Source: Eledone cirrhosa (taxonomy: Eukaryota). From it: a stretch of 64,000 bases of DNA. Of this stretch, positions 13,301-28,773 are shown one piece after another (the first letter of the stretch is position 1; the number at the start of each line of letters is the position of its first letter). The position numbers were made by a program, and so were the translations under genes. The notes under the pieces are model-generated. The model searched no databases and had not been told where the DNA came from. It worked only from the letters and a program-made list of their open reading frames with translations. The stretch covers positions 186,001 to 250,000 of the forward strand of contig CAXHJY010001327.1 of NCBI GenBank assembly GCA_964016885.1, in the 5' to 3' direction.

Positions 13301-15237
13301 CAATGAAATATAGAACGAGTATTGACTGTGGCAATGAAATATAGAATTAGTAATGACTGTCACAATGAAATATAGTTCTAGTAATGACGGTTACAATGAA
13401 ATATAGAACTAGTAATGACTGTTACAATGAAATATAGAACTAGTAATGACTGTTACAATGAAATATAGAACTAGTAATGACTGTTACAATGAAATAAACA
13501 ACTATTAATGACTGTTACAATGAAATAATGAACTAGTGATGACTGTTACAATGAAATAATGAACTAGTCATGACTGTTACAATGAAATATAAAACTAGTA
13601 ATGACTGTTACAATGAAATATAGTACTAGTAATGACTGTTACAATGAATATAAAACTAGTAATGACTGTTACCATGAATATAAAACTAGTAATGACTTAC
13701 CATGAATATAAAACTAGTAATGACTGTTACAATGAAATAATGAACTAGTAATGACTGTTACAATGAAATATAAAACTAGTAATGACTGTTACAATGAAAT
13801 ATAGTACTAGTAATGACTGTTACAATGAATATAAAACTAGTAATGACTGTTACCATGAATATAAAACTAGTAATGACTGTTACCATGAATATAAAACTAG
13901 TAATGACTGTTACAATGAAATATAGTTCTAGTAATGACTGTTACAATGAAATATAGAACTGGTAATGACTGTTACAATGAAATATAAAACTAGTAATGAC
14001 TGTTACAATGAAATATAAAACTACTAATGACTTATAATGAAATATAGAATTAGTAATGACTGTTACAATGAAATATAAAACTAGTAATGACTGTTACAAT
14101 GAAATATTGAACTAGTAATGACTGTTACAATGAAATATAAAACTAGTAATGACTGTTACAATGAACTATAAAACTAGTAATGACTGTTACAATGAAATAT
14201 AGTACTAGTAATGACTGTTACAATGAATATAAAACTAGTAATGACTGTTACAATGAATATAAAACTAGTAATGACTATTATAATGAAATATAGAACAAGT
14301 AATGACTGTTACAATGAAATATAGAACTAGTAATGACTGTTACATTGAAATATAAAACTAGTAATGGCTATTACAATGAAATATAGAACTAGTAATGACT
14401 GTTACAATGAAATATAGAACTAGTAATGACTGTTACAATCAAATATAAAACTAGTAATGACTGTTACAATCATATATAAAACTAGTAATGACTTATAATG
14501 AAATATAGAATTAGTAATGACTGTTACAATGAAATATAAAACTAGTAATGACTGTCACAATGAAATAATGAACTAGTAATGACTGTCACAATGAAATAAT
14601 GAACTAGTAATGACTGTTACAATGAAATATAAAACTAGTAATGACTGTTACAATGAAATATAGTACTAGTAATGACTGTTACAATGAATATAAAACTAGT
14701 AATGACTGTTACCATGAATATAAAACTAGTAATGACTGTGACCATGAATATAAAACTAGTAATGACTGTTACAATGAAATAATGAACTAGTATTGACTGT
14801 TACAATGAAATATAAAACCAGTAATGACTGTTACCATGAATATAAAACTAGTAATGACTGTTACCATGAATATAAAACTAGTAATGACTGTTACAATGAA
14901 ATATAGTTCTAGTAATGACTGTTACAATGAAATATAGAACTGGTAATGACTGTTACAATGAAATATAAAACTAGTAATGACTGTTACAATGAAATATAAA
15001 ACTAATAATGACTTATAATGAAATATAGAATTAGTAATGACTGTTACAATGAAATATAAAACTAGTAATGACTGTTACAATGAAATATAAAACTAGTAAT
15101 GACTGTTACAATGAACTATAAAACTAGTAATGACCGTTACAATGAACTATAAAACTAGTAATGACTGTTACAATGAAATATAGTACTAGAAATGACTGTT
15201 ACAATGAATATAAAACTAGTAATGACTGTTACCATGA

Positions 15238-17050
15238 ATATAAAACTAGTAATGACTTACCATGAATATAAAACTAGTAATGACTGTTACAATGAAATAT
15301 AGTTCTAGTAATGACTGTTACAATGAAATATAGTTCTAGTAATGACTGTTACAATGAAATATAGAACTGGTAATGATTGTTACAATGGAATATAGAACTA
15401 GTAATGACTGTTACAATGAAATATAGAACTAGTATTGACTGCGACAATGAAATATAGAATTAGTAATGACTGTCACAATGAAATATAGTTCTAGTAATGA
15501 CTGTTACAATGAAATATAGAACTAGTAATGACTGTTACAATGAAATATAGAACTAGTAATGACTGTTACAATGAAATATAGAACTAGTAATGACTGTTAC
15601 AATGAAATATAGAATTAGGAATGACTGTCACAATGAAATATAAAACTAGTAATGACTGTAACAATGAAATATAGAACTAGTAATGACTGTTACAATGAAA
15701 TATAAAACTAGTAATGACTGTTACAATGAATATAAAACTAGTAATGACTGTTACAATGAAATATAAAACTAGTAATGACTGTTACATTGAAATATAAAAC
15801 TAGTAATGGCTATTACAATGAAATATAGAACTAGTAATGACTGTTACAATGAAATATAAAACTAGTAATGACTGTTACAATGAAATATAAAACTAGTAAT
15901 GACTGTTACAATGAAATATAAAACTAGTAATGACTTATAATGAAATATAGTACTAGTAATGATTGTTACAATGAATATAAAACTAGTAATGACTGTTACC
16001 ATGAATATGAAACTAGTAATGACTGTTATAATGAAATATAGAACCAGTAATGACTGTTACAATGAAATATAGAACTAGTAATGACTGTTACAATGAAATA
16101 TAGAACTAGTAATGACTGTTACAATGAAATATAGAACTAGTAATGACTGTTACAATGAATATAAAACTAGTAATGACTTACCATGAATATAAAACTAGTA
16201 ATGACTGTTACAATGAAATATAGTTCTAGTAATGACTGTTACAATGAAATATAGTTCTAGTAATGACTGTTACAATGAAATATAGAACTGGTAATGATTG
16301 TTACAATGGAATATAGAACTAGTAATGACTGTTACAATGAAATATAGAACTAGTATTGACTGCGACAATGAAATATAGAATTAGTAATGACTGTCACAAT
16401 GAAATATAGTTCTAGTAATGACTGTTACAATGAAATATAGAACTAGTAATGACTGTTACAATGAAATATAGAACTAGTAATGACTGTTACAATGAAATAT
16501 AGAACTAGTAATGACTGTTACAATGAAATATAGAATTAGGAATGACTGTCACAATGAAATATAAAACTAGTAATGACTGTAACAATGAAATATAGAACTA
16601 GTAATGACTGTTACAATGAAATATAAAACTAGTAATGACTGTTACAATGAATATAAAACTAGTAATGACTGTTACAATGAAATATAAAACTAGTAATGAC
16701 TGTTACATTGAAATATAAAACTAGTAATGGCTATTACAATGAAATATAGAACTAGTAATGACTGTTACAATGAAATATAAAACTAGTAATGACTGTTACA
16801 ATGAAATATAAAACTAGTAATGACTGTTACAATGAAATATAAAACTAGTAATGACTTATAATGAAATATAGTACTAGTAATGATTGTTACAATGAATATA
16901 AAACTAGTAATGACTGTTACCATGAATATGAAACTAGTAATGACTGTTATAATGAAATATAGAACCAGTAATGACTGTTACAATGAAATATAGAACTAGT
17001 AATGACTGTTACAATGAAATATAGAACTAGTAATGACTGTTACAATGAAA
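15238..17050 (+). repeat. Tandem duplication, unit 921 bp (~30 monomers)
   Basis: taatgattgttacaatgg at 15371/16292 and gaaccagt at 16041/16962 both give offset 921. Confidence 0.85.
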
Positions 17051-17520
17051 TATAGAATTAGGAATGACCGTCACAATGAAATATAAAACTAGTAATGACT
17101 GTAACAATGAAATATAGAACTAGTAATGACTGTTACAATGAAATATAAAACTAGTAATGACTGTTACAATGAATATAAAACTAGTAATGACTGTTACAAT
17201 GAAATATAAAACTAGTAATGACTGTTACATTGAAATATAAAACTAGTAATGGCTATTACAATGAAATATAGAACTAGTAATGACTGTTACAATGAAATAT
17301 AAAACTAGTAATGACTTATAATGAAATATAGTACTAGTAATGATTGTTACAATGAATATAAAACTAGTAATGACTGTTACCATGAATATGAAACTAGTAA
17401 TGACTGTTACGATGAATATAAATCTAGTAATGACTGTTACAATGAATATAAAACTAGTAATGACTGTTACATTGAAATATAAAACTAGTAATGGCTATTA
17501 CAATGAAATATAGAACTAGT

Positions 17521-20500
17521 AATGACTGTTACATTGAAATATAAAACTAGTAATGGCTTTTACAATGAAATATAGAACTAGTAATGACTGTTACAATGAA
17601 TATAAAACTAGTAATGACTGTTATAATGAAATATAGAACTAGTAATGACTGTTACAATGAAATATAGAACTAGTAATGACTGTTACAATGAAATATAGAA
17701 CTAGTAATGACTGTTACAATGAAATATAGAACTAGTAATGACTGTTACATTGAAATATAAAACTAGTAATGGCTATTACAATGAAATATAGAACTAGTAA
17801 TGACTGTTACATTGAAATATAAAACTAGTAATGGCTTTTACAATGAAATATAGAACTTGTAATGACTGTTACAATGAAATATAAAACTAGTAATGACTTA
17901 TAATGAAATATAGAATTAGTAATGACTGTTACAATGAAATATAAAACTAGTAATGACTGTTACAATGAAATATTGAACAAGTAATGACTGTTACAATGAA
18001 ATATAAAACTAGTAATGACTGTTACAACGAACTATAAAACTAGTAATGACTGTTACAATGAAATATAGTACTAGAAATGACTGTTACAATGAATATAAAA
18101 CTAGTAATGACTGTTACCATGAATATAAAACTAGTAATGACTTACCATGAATATAAAACTAGTAATGACTGTTACAATGAAAAATAGTTCTAGTAATGAC
18201 TGTTACAATGAAATATAGTTCTAGTAATGACTGTTATAATGAAATATAGAACTGGTAATGACTGTTACAATGAAATATAGAACGAGTATTGACTGTGGCA
18301 ATGAAATATAGAATTAGTAATGACTGTCACAATGAAATATAGTTCTAGTAATGACGGTTACAATGAAATATAGAACTAGTAATGACTGTTACAATGAAAT
18401 ATAGAACTAGTAATGACTGTTACAATGAAATATAGAACTAGTAATGACTGTTACAATGAAATAAACAACTATTAATGACTGTTACAATGAAATAATGAAC
18501 TAGTGATGACTGTTACAATGAAATAATGAACTAGTCATGACTGTTACAATGAAATATAAAACTAGTAATGACTGTTACAATGAAATATAGTACTAGTAAT
18601 GACTGTTACAATGAATATAAAACTAGTAATGACTGTTACCATGAATATAAAACTAGTAATGACTTACCATGAATATAAAACTAGTAATGACTGTTACAAT
18701 GAAATAATGAACTAGTAATGACTGTTACAATGAAATATAAAACTAGTAATGACTGTTACAATGAAATATAGTACTAGTAATGACTGTTACAATGAATATA
18801 AAACTAGTAATGACTGTTACCATGAATATAAAACTAGTAATGACTGTTACCATGAATATAAAACTAGTAATGACTGTTACAATGAAATATAGTTCTAGTA
18901 ATGACTGTTACAATGAAATATAGAACTGGTAATGACTGTTACAATGAAATATAAAACTAGTAATGACTGTTACAATGAAATATAAAACTACTAATGACTT
19001 ATAATGAAATATAGAATTAGTAATGACTGTTACAATGAAATATAAAACTAGTAATGACTGTTACAATGAAATATTGAACTAGTAATGACTGTTACAATGA
19101 AATATAAAACTAGTAATGACTGTTACAATGAACTATAAAACTAGTAATGACTGTTACAATGAAATATAGTACTAGTAATGACTGTTACAATGAATATAAA
19201 ACTAGTAATGACTGTTACAATGAATATAAAACTAGTAATGACTATTATAATGAAATATAGAACAAGTAATGACTGTTACAATGAAATATAGAACTAGTAA
19301 TGACTGTTACATTGAAATATAAAACTAGTAATGGCTATTACAATGAAATATAGAACTAGTAATGACTGTTACAATGAAATATAGAACTAGTAATGACTGT
19401 TACAATCAAATATAAAACTAGTAATGACTGTTACAATCATATATAAAACTAGTAATGACTTATAATGAAATATAGAATTAGTAATGACTGTTACAATGAA
19501 ATATAAAACTAGTAATGACTGTCACAATGAAATAATGAACTAGTAATGACTGTCACAATGAAATAATGAACTAGTAATGACTGTTACAATGAAATATAAA
19601 ACTAGTAATGACTGTTACAATGAAATATAGTACTAGTAATGACTGTTACAATGAATATAAAACTAGTAATGACTGTTACCATGAATATAAAACTAGTAAT
19701 GACTGTGACCATGAATATAAAACTAGTAATGACTGTTACAATGAAATAATGAACTAGTATTGACTGTTACAATGAAATATAAAACCAGTAATGACTGTTA
19801 CCATGAATATAAAACTAGTAATGACTGTTACCATGAATATAAAACTAGTAATGACTGTTACAATGAAATATAGTTCTAGTAATGACTGTTACAATGAAAT
19901 ATAGAACTGGTAATGACTGTTACAATGAAATATAAAACTAGTAATGACTGTTACAATGAAATATAAAACTAATAATGACTTATAATGAAATATAGAATTA
20001 GTAATGACTGTTACAATGAAATATAAAACTAGTAATGACTGTTACAATGAAATATAAAACTAGTAATGACTGTTACAATGAACTATAAAACTAGTAATGA
20101 CCGTTACAATGAACTATAAAACTAGTAATGACTGTTACAATGAAATATAGTACTAGAAATGACTGTTACATTGAAATATAAAACTAGTAATGGCTTTTAC
20201 AATGAAATATAGAACTAGTAATGACTGTTACAATGAATATAAAACTAGTAATGACTGTTATAATGAAATATAGAACTAGTAATGACTGTTACAATGAAAT
20301 ATAGAACTAGTAATGACTGTTACAATGAAATATAGAACTAGTAATGACTGTTACAATGAAATATAGAACTAGTAATGACTGTTACATTGAAATATAAAAC
20401 TAGTAATGGCTATTACAATGAAATATAGAACTAGTAATGACTGTTACATTGAAATATAAAACTAGTAATGGCTTTTACAATGAAATATAGAACTTGTAAT

Positions 20501-22794
20501 GACTGTTACAATGAAATATAAAACTAGTAATGACTTATAATGAAATATAGAATTAGTAATGACTGTTACAATGAAATATAAAACTAGTAATGACTGTTAC
20601 AATGAAATATTGAACAAGTAATGACTGTTACAATGAAATATAAAACTAGTAATGACTGTTACAACGAACTATAAAACTAGTAATGACTGTTACAATGAAA
20701 TATAGTACTAGAAATGACTGTTACAATGAATATAAAACTAGTAATGACTGTTACCATGAATATAAAACTAGTAATGACTTACCATGAATATAAAACTAGT
20801 AATGACTGTTACAATGAAAAATAGTTCTAGTAATGACTGTTACAATGAAATATAGTTCTAGTAATGACTGTTATAATGAAATATAGAACTGGTAATGACT
20901 GTTACAATGAAATATAGAACGAGTATTGACTGTGGCAATGAAATATAGAATTAGTAATGACTGTCACAATGAAATATAGTTCTAGTAATGACGGTTACAA
21001 TGAAATATAGAACTAGTAATGACTGTTACAATGAAATATAGAACTAGTAATGACTGTTACAATGAAATATAGAACTAGTAATGACTGTTACAATGAAATA
21101 AACAACTATTAATGACTGTTACAATGAAATAATGAACTAGTGATGACTGTTACAATGAAATAATGAACTAGTCATGACTGTTACAATGAAATATAAAACT
21201 AGTAATGACTGTTACAATGAAATATAGTACTAGTAATGACTGTTACAATGAATATAAAACTAGTAATGACTGTTACCATGAATATAAAACTAGTAATGAC
21301 TTACCATGAATATAAAACTAGTAATGACTGTTACAATGAAATAATGAACTAGTAATGACTGTTACAATGAAATATAAAACTAGTAATGACTGTTACAATG
21401 AAATATAGTACTAGTAATGACTGTTACAATGAATATAAAACTAGTAATGACTGTTACCATGAATATAAAACTAGTAATGACTGTTACCATGAATATAAAA
21501 CTAGTAATGACTGTTACAATGAAATATAGTTCTAGTAATGACTGTTACAATGAAATATAGAACTGGTAATGACTGTTACAATGAAATATAAAACTAGTAA
21601 TGACTGTTACAATGAAATATAAAACTACTAATGACTTATAATGAAATATAGAATTAGTAATGACTGTTACAATGAAATATAAAACTAGTAATGACTGTTA
21701 CAATGAAATATTGAACTAGTAATGACTGTTACAATGAAATATAAAACTAGTAATGACTGTTACAATGAACTATAAAACTAGTAATGACTGTTACAATGAA
21801 ATATAGTACTAGTAATGACTGTTACAATGAATATAAAACTAGTAATGACTGTTACAATGAATATAAAACTAGTAATGACTATTATAATGAAATATAGAAC
21901 AAGTAATGACTGTTACAATGAAATATAGAACTAGTAATGACTGTTACATTGAAATATAAAACTAGTAATGGCTATTACAATGAAATATAGAACTAGTAAT
22001 GACTGTTACAATGAAATATAGAACTAGTAATGACTGTTACAATCAAATATAAAACTAGTAATGACTGTTACAATCATATATAAAACTAGTAATGACTTAT
22101 AATGAAATATAGAATTAGTAATGACTGTTACAATGAAATATAAAACTAGTAATGACTGTCACAATGAAATAATGAACTAGTAATGACTGTCACAATGAAA
22201 TAATGAACTAGTAATGACTGTTACAATGAAATATAAAACTAGTAATGACTGTTACAATGAAATATAGTACTAGTAATGACTGTTACAATGAATATAAAAC
22301 TAGTAATGACTGTTACCATGAATATAAAACTAGTAATGACTGTGACCATGAATATAAAACTAGTAATGACTGTTACAATGAAATAATGAACTAGTATTGA
22401 CTGTTACAATGAAATATAAAACCAGTAATGACTGTTACCATGAATATAAAACTAGTAATGACTGTTACCATGAATATAAAACTAGTAATGACTGTTACAA
22501 TGAAATATAGTTCTAGTAATGACTGTTACAATGAAATATAGAACTGGTAATGACTGTTACAATGAAATATAAAACTAGTAATGACTGTTACAATGAAATA
22601 TAAAACTAATAATGACTTATAATGAAATATAGAATTAGTAATGACTGTTACAATGAAATATAAAACTAGTAATGACTGTTACAATGAAATATAAAACTAG
22701 TAATGACTGTTACAATGAACTATAAAACTAGTAATGACCGTTACAATGAACTATAAAACTAGTAATGACTGTTACAATGAAATATAGTACTAGA
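17521..22794 (+). repeat. Tandem duplication, unit 2,637 bp (~86 monomers), junction at ~20158
   Basis: tagaacgagt at 18278/20915. The junction 'tactagaaatgactgttacattgaaatataaaactagtaatggctttt' near 20150-20200 returns to the sequence at 17521. Confidence 0.9.
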
Positions 22795-25700
22795 AATGAC
22801 TGTTACAATGAATATAAAACTAGTAATGACTGTTACCATGAATATAAAACTAGTAATGACTTACCATGAATATAAAACTAGTAATGACTGTTACAATGAA
22901 ATATAGTTCTAGTAATGACTGTTACAATGAAATATAGTTCTAGTATTGACTGTTACAATGAAATATAGAACTGGTAATGATTGTTACAATGGAATATAGA
23001 ACTAGTAATGACTGTTACAATGAAATATAGAACTAGTATTGACTGCGACAATGAAATATAGAATTAGTAATGACTGTCACAATGAAATATAGTTCTAGTA
23101 ATGACTGTTACAATGAAATATAGAACTAGTAATGACTGTTACAATGAAATATAGAACTAGTAATGACTGTTACAATGAAATATAGAACTAGTAATGACTG
23201 TTACAATGAAATATAGAATTAGGAATGACTGTCACAATGAAATATAAAACTAGTAATGACTGTAACAATGAAATATAGAACTAGTAATGACTGTTACAAT
23301 GAAATATAAAACTAGTAATGACTGTTACAATGAATATAAAACTAGTAATGACTGTTACAATGAAATATAAAACTAGTAATGACTGTTACATTGAAATATA
23401 AAACTAGTAATGGCTATTACAATGAAATATAGAACTAGTAATGACTGTTACAATGAAATATAAAACTAGTAATGACTGTTACAATGAAATATAAAACTAG
23501 TAATGACTGTTACAATGAAATATAAAACTAGTAATGACTTATAATGAAATATAGTACTAGTAATGATTGTTACAATGAATATAAAACTAGTAATGACTGT
23601 TACCATGAATATGAAACTAGTAATGACTGTTATAATGAAATATAGAACCAGTAATGACTGTTACAATGAAATATAGAACTAGTAATGACTGTTACAATGA
23701 AATATAGAACTAGTAATGACTGTTACAATGAAATATAGAACTAGTAATGACTGTTACATTGAAATATAAAACTAGTAATGGCTATTACGATGAAATATAG
23801 AACTAGTAATGACTGTTACATTGAAATATAAAACTAGTAATGGCTTTTACAATGAAATATAGAACTAGTAATGACTGTTACAATGAAATATAAAACTAGT
23901 AATGACTGTTACAATGAATATAAAACTAGTAATGACTGTTATAATGAAATATAGAACTAGTAATGACTGTTACAATGAAATATAGAACTAGTAATGACTG
24001 TTACAATGAAATATAGAACTAGTAATGACTGTTACAATGAAATATAGAACTAGTAATGACTTACATTGAAATATAAAACTAGTAATGGCTATTACAATGA
24101 AATATAGAACTAGTAATGACTGTTACATTGAAATATAAAACTAGTAATGGCTTTTACAATGAAATATAGAACTTGTAATGACTGTTACAATGAAATATAA
24201 AACTAGTAATGACTTATAATGAAATATAGAATTAGTAATGACTGTTACAATGAAATATAAAACTAGTAATGACTGTTACAATGAAATATAGTACTAGAAA
24301 TGACTGTTACAATGAATATAAAACTAGTAATGACTGTTCCAATGAATATAAAACTAGTAATGACTGTTACAATGAATATAAAACTAGTAATGACTGTTAC
24401 AATGAATATAAAACTAGTAATGACTTATAATGAAATATAGAACTAGTAATGACTGTTACAATGAAATATAGAACTAGTAATAACTGTTACAATGAAATAT
24501 AGAACTAGTAATGACTGTTACAATGAAATATAAAACTAGTAATGACTGTTACAATGAAATATAGAACTAGTAATAACTCTTACAATGAATATAAAACTAG
24601 TAATAACTCTTACAATGAATATAAAACTAGTAATGACTGTTACAAGGAATATAAAACTAGTAATGAATTGTAATGAAATATAGAACTAGTAATGACTGTT
24701 ACAATGAAATATAGAACTAGTAATGACTGTTACATTGAAATATAGAACTAGTAATGACTGTTACATTGAAATATAAAACTAGTAATGGCTATTACAATGA
24801 AATATAAAACTAGCAATGACTTACAATGAAATATAAAACTAGTAATGACTTATAATGAAATATAGAATTAGTAATGACTGTTACAATGAAATATAAAACT
24901 AGTAATGACTGTTACAATGAAATAATGAACTAGTAATGACTGTTACAATGAAATAATGAACTAGGAATGACTGTTACAATGAAATATAAAACTAGTAATG
25001 ACTGTTACAATGAAATATAAAACTAGTAATGACTGTTACGATGAAATATAGTACTAGAATTGACTGTTACAATGAATATAAAACTAGTAATGACTGTTAC
25101 CATGAATATAAAACTAGTAATGCCTTTTACAATGAAATATAGTTCTAGTAATGACTGTTACAATGAAATATAGTTCTAGTAATGACTGTTACAATGAAAT
25201 ATAGAACTGGTAATGACTGTTACAATGAAATATAAAACTAGTAATGACTGTTACAATGAAATAGATAACTAGTAATAACTGTTACAATGAATATAAAACT
25301 AGGAATGACTGTTACAATGAAATATAGTTCTAGTAATGACTGTTACAATGAAATATAGTTCTAGTAATGACTGTTACAATGAATATAAAACTAGTAATGA
25401 CTGTTATAATGAAATATAGAACTAGTAATGACTGTTTCAAAGAAATATAGAACTAGTAATGACTGTTACAATGAAATATAGAACTAGTAATGACTGTTAC
25501 ATTGAAATATAAAACTAGTAATGGCTGTTACAATGAAATATAGAACTAGTAATGACTGTTACAATGAAATATAAAACTAGTAATGACTGTTACAATGAAA
25601 TATAGAATTAGTAATGACTGTTACAATGAAATATAAAACTAGTAATGACTGTTACATGAAATATTGAACTAGTATTGACTGTTACAATGAAATATAAAAC

Positions 25701-28700
25701 TAGTAATGACTGTTACGATGAACTATAAAACTAGTAATGACTGTTACAATGAATATAAAACTAGTAATGACTGATACCATGAATATAAAACTAGTAATGA
25801 CTGATACCATGAATATAAAACTAGTAATGACTGTTACAATGAAATATAGTTCTAGTAATGACTGTTACAATGAAATATAGTTCTAGTAATGACTGTTACA
25901 ATGAAATATAGTTCTAGTAATGACTGTTACAATGAAATATAGTTCTAGTAATGACTGTTACAATGAAATATAGAACTGGTAATGACTGTTACAATGAAAT
26001 ATAGAACTAGTATTGACTGCGACAATGAAATATAGAATTAGTAATGACTGTCACAATGAAATATAGTTCTAGTAATGACTGTTACAATGAAATATAGAAC
26101 TAGTACTGACTGTTACAATGAAATATAGAACTAGTAATGACTGTTACAATGAAATATAGAATTAGTAATGACTGTCACAATGAAATATAAAACTAGTAAT
26201 GACTGTTACAATGAAATATAGAACTAGTAATGACTGTTACATTGAAATATAAAACTAGTAATGACTGTTATAATAAAATATAGTACTAGTAATGACTGTT
26301 ACAATGAATATAAAACTAGTAATGACTGTTACCATGAATATAAAACTAGTAATGACTGTTACAATGAAATATAGTTCTAGTAATGACTGTTACAATGAAA
26401 TATAGAACTGGTAATGACTGTTACAATGAAATATAAAACTAGTAATGACTGTTACAATGAAATATAAAACTAATAATGACTGTTACAATGAAATATAAAA
26501 CTAATAATGACTTATGAAATATAGAATTAGTAATGACTGTTACAATGAAATATAAAACTAGTAATGACTGTTACAATGAAATATAAAACTAGTAATGACT
26601 GTTACAATGAACTATAAAACTAGTAATGACCGTTACAATGAACTATAAAACTAGTAATGACTGTTACAATGAAATATAGTACTAGAAATGACTGTCACAA
26701 TGAAATATAGTTCTAGTAATGACTGTTACAACGAACTATAAAACTAGTAATGACTGTTACAATGAAATATAGAACTAGTAATGACTGTTACAATGAAATA
26801 TAGAACTAGTAATGACTGTTACAATGAAATATAGAACTAGTAATGACTGTTACAATGAAATATAGAATTAGGAATGACTGTCACAATGAAATATAAAACT
26901 AGTAATGACTGTAACAATGAAATATAGAACTAGTAATGACTGTTACAATGAAATATAAAACTAGTAATGACTGTTACAATGAATATAAAACTAGTAATGA
27001 CTGTTACAATGAAATATAAAACTAGTAATGACTGTTACATTGAAATATAAAACTAGTAATGGCTATTACAATGAAATATAGAACTAGTAATGACTGTTAC
27101 AATGAAATATAAAACTAGTAATGACTGTTACAATGAAATATAAAACTAGTAATGACTGTTACAATGAAATATAAAACTAGTAATGACTTATAATGAAATA
27201 TAGTACTAGTAATGATTGTTACAATGAATATAAAACTAGTAATGACTGTTACCATGAATATGAAACTAGTAATGACTGTTATAATGAAATATAGAACCAG
27301 TAATGACTGTTACAATGAAATATAGAACTAGTAATGACTGTTACAATGAAATATAGAACTAGTAATGACTGTTACAATGAAATATAGAACTAGTAATGAC
27401 TGTTACAATGAATATAAAACTAGTAATGACTTACCATGAATATAAAACTAGTAATGACTGTTACAATGAAATATAGTTCTAGTAATGACTGTTACAATGA
27501 AATATAGTTCTAGTAATGACTGTTACAATGAAATATAGAACTGGTAATGATTGTTACAATGGAATATAGAACTAGTAATGACTGTTACAATGAAATATAG
27601 AACTAGTATTGACTGCGACAATGAAATATAGAATTAGTAATGACTGTCACAATGAAATATAGTTCTAGTAATGACTGTTACAATGAAATATAGAACTAGT
27701 AATGACTGTTACAATGAAATATAGAACTAGTAATGACTGTTACAATGAAATATAGAACTAGTAATGACTGTTACAATGAAATATAGAATTAGGAATGACT
27801 GTCACAATGAAATATAAAACTAGTAATGACTGTAACAATGAAATATAGAACTAGTAATGACTGTTACAATGAAATATAAAACTAGTAATGACTGTTACAA
27901 TGAATATAAAACTAGTAATGACTGTTACAATGAAATATAAAACTAGTAATGACTGTTACATTGAAATATAAAACTAGTAATGGCTATTACAATGAAATAT
28001 AGAACTAGTAATGACTGTTACAATGAAATATAAAACTAGTAATGACTGTTACAATGAAATATAAAACTAGTAATGACTGTTACAATGAAATATAAAACTA
28101 GTAATGACTTATAATGAAATATAGTACTAGTAATGATTGTTACAATGAATATAAAACTAGTAATGACTGTTACCATGAATATGAAACTAGTAATGACTGT
28201 TATAATGAAATATAGAACCAGTAATGACTGTTACAATGAAATATAGAACTAGTAATGACTGTTACAATGAAATATAGAACTAGTAATGACTGTTACAATG
28301 AAATATAGAATTAGGAATGACCGTCACAATGAAATATAAAACTAGTAATGACTGTAACAATGAAATATAGAACTAGTAATGACTGTTACAATGAAATATA
28401 AAACTAGTAATGACTGTTACAATGAATATAAAACTAGTAATGACTGTTACAATGAAATATAAAACTAGTAATGACTGTTACATTGAAATATAAAACTAGT
28501 AATGGCTATTACAATGAAATATAGAACTAGTAATGACTGTTACAATGAAATATAAAACTAGTAATGACTTATAATGAAATATAGTACTAGTAATGATTGT
28601 TACAATGAATATAAAACTAGTAATGACTGTTACCATGAATATGAAACTAGTAATGACTGTTACGATGAATATAAATCTAGTAATGACTGTTACAATGAAT

Positions 28701-28773
28701 ATAAAACTAGTAATGACTGTTACATTGAAATATAAAACTAGTAATGGCTATTACAATGAAATATAGAACTAGT

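Larger units (their letters stand above)
11990..23750 (+). repeat. Duplication with 4,967-bp offset; the second copy is expanded internally by the 2,637-bp duplication
   Basis: ttaggaatgaccgtcac at 12091/17058 and tagaacgagt at 13311/18278 give offset 4967. gaaccagt at 16041/23645 gives offset 7604 = 4967+2637. Confidence 0.85.
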
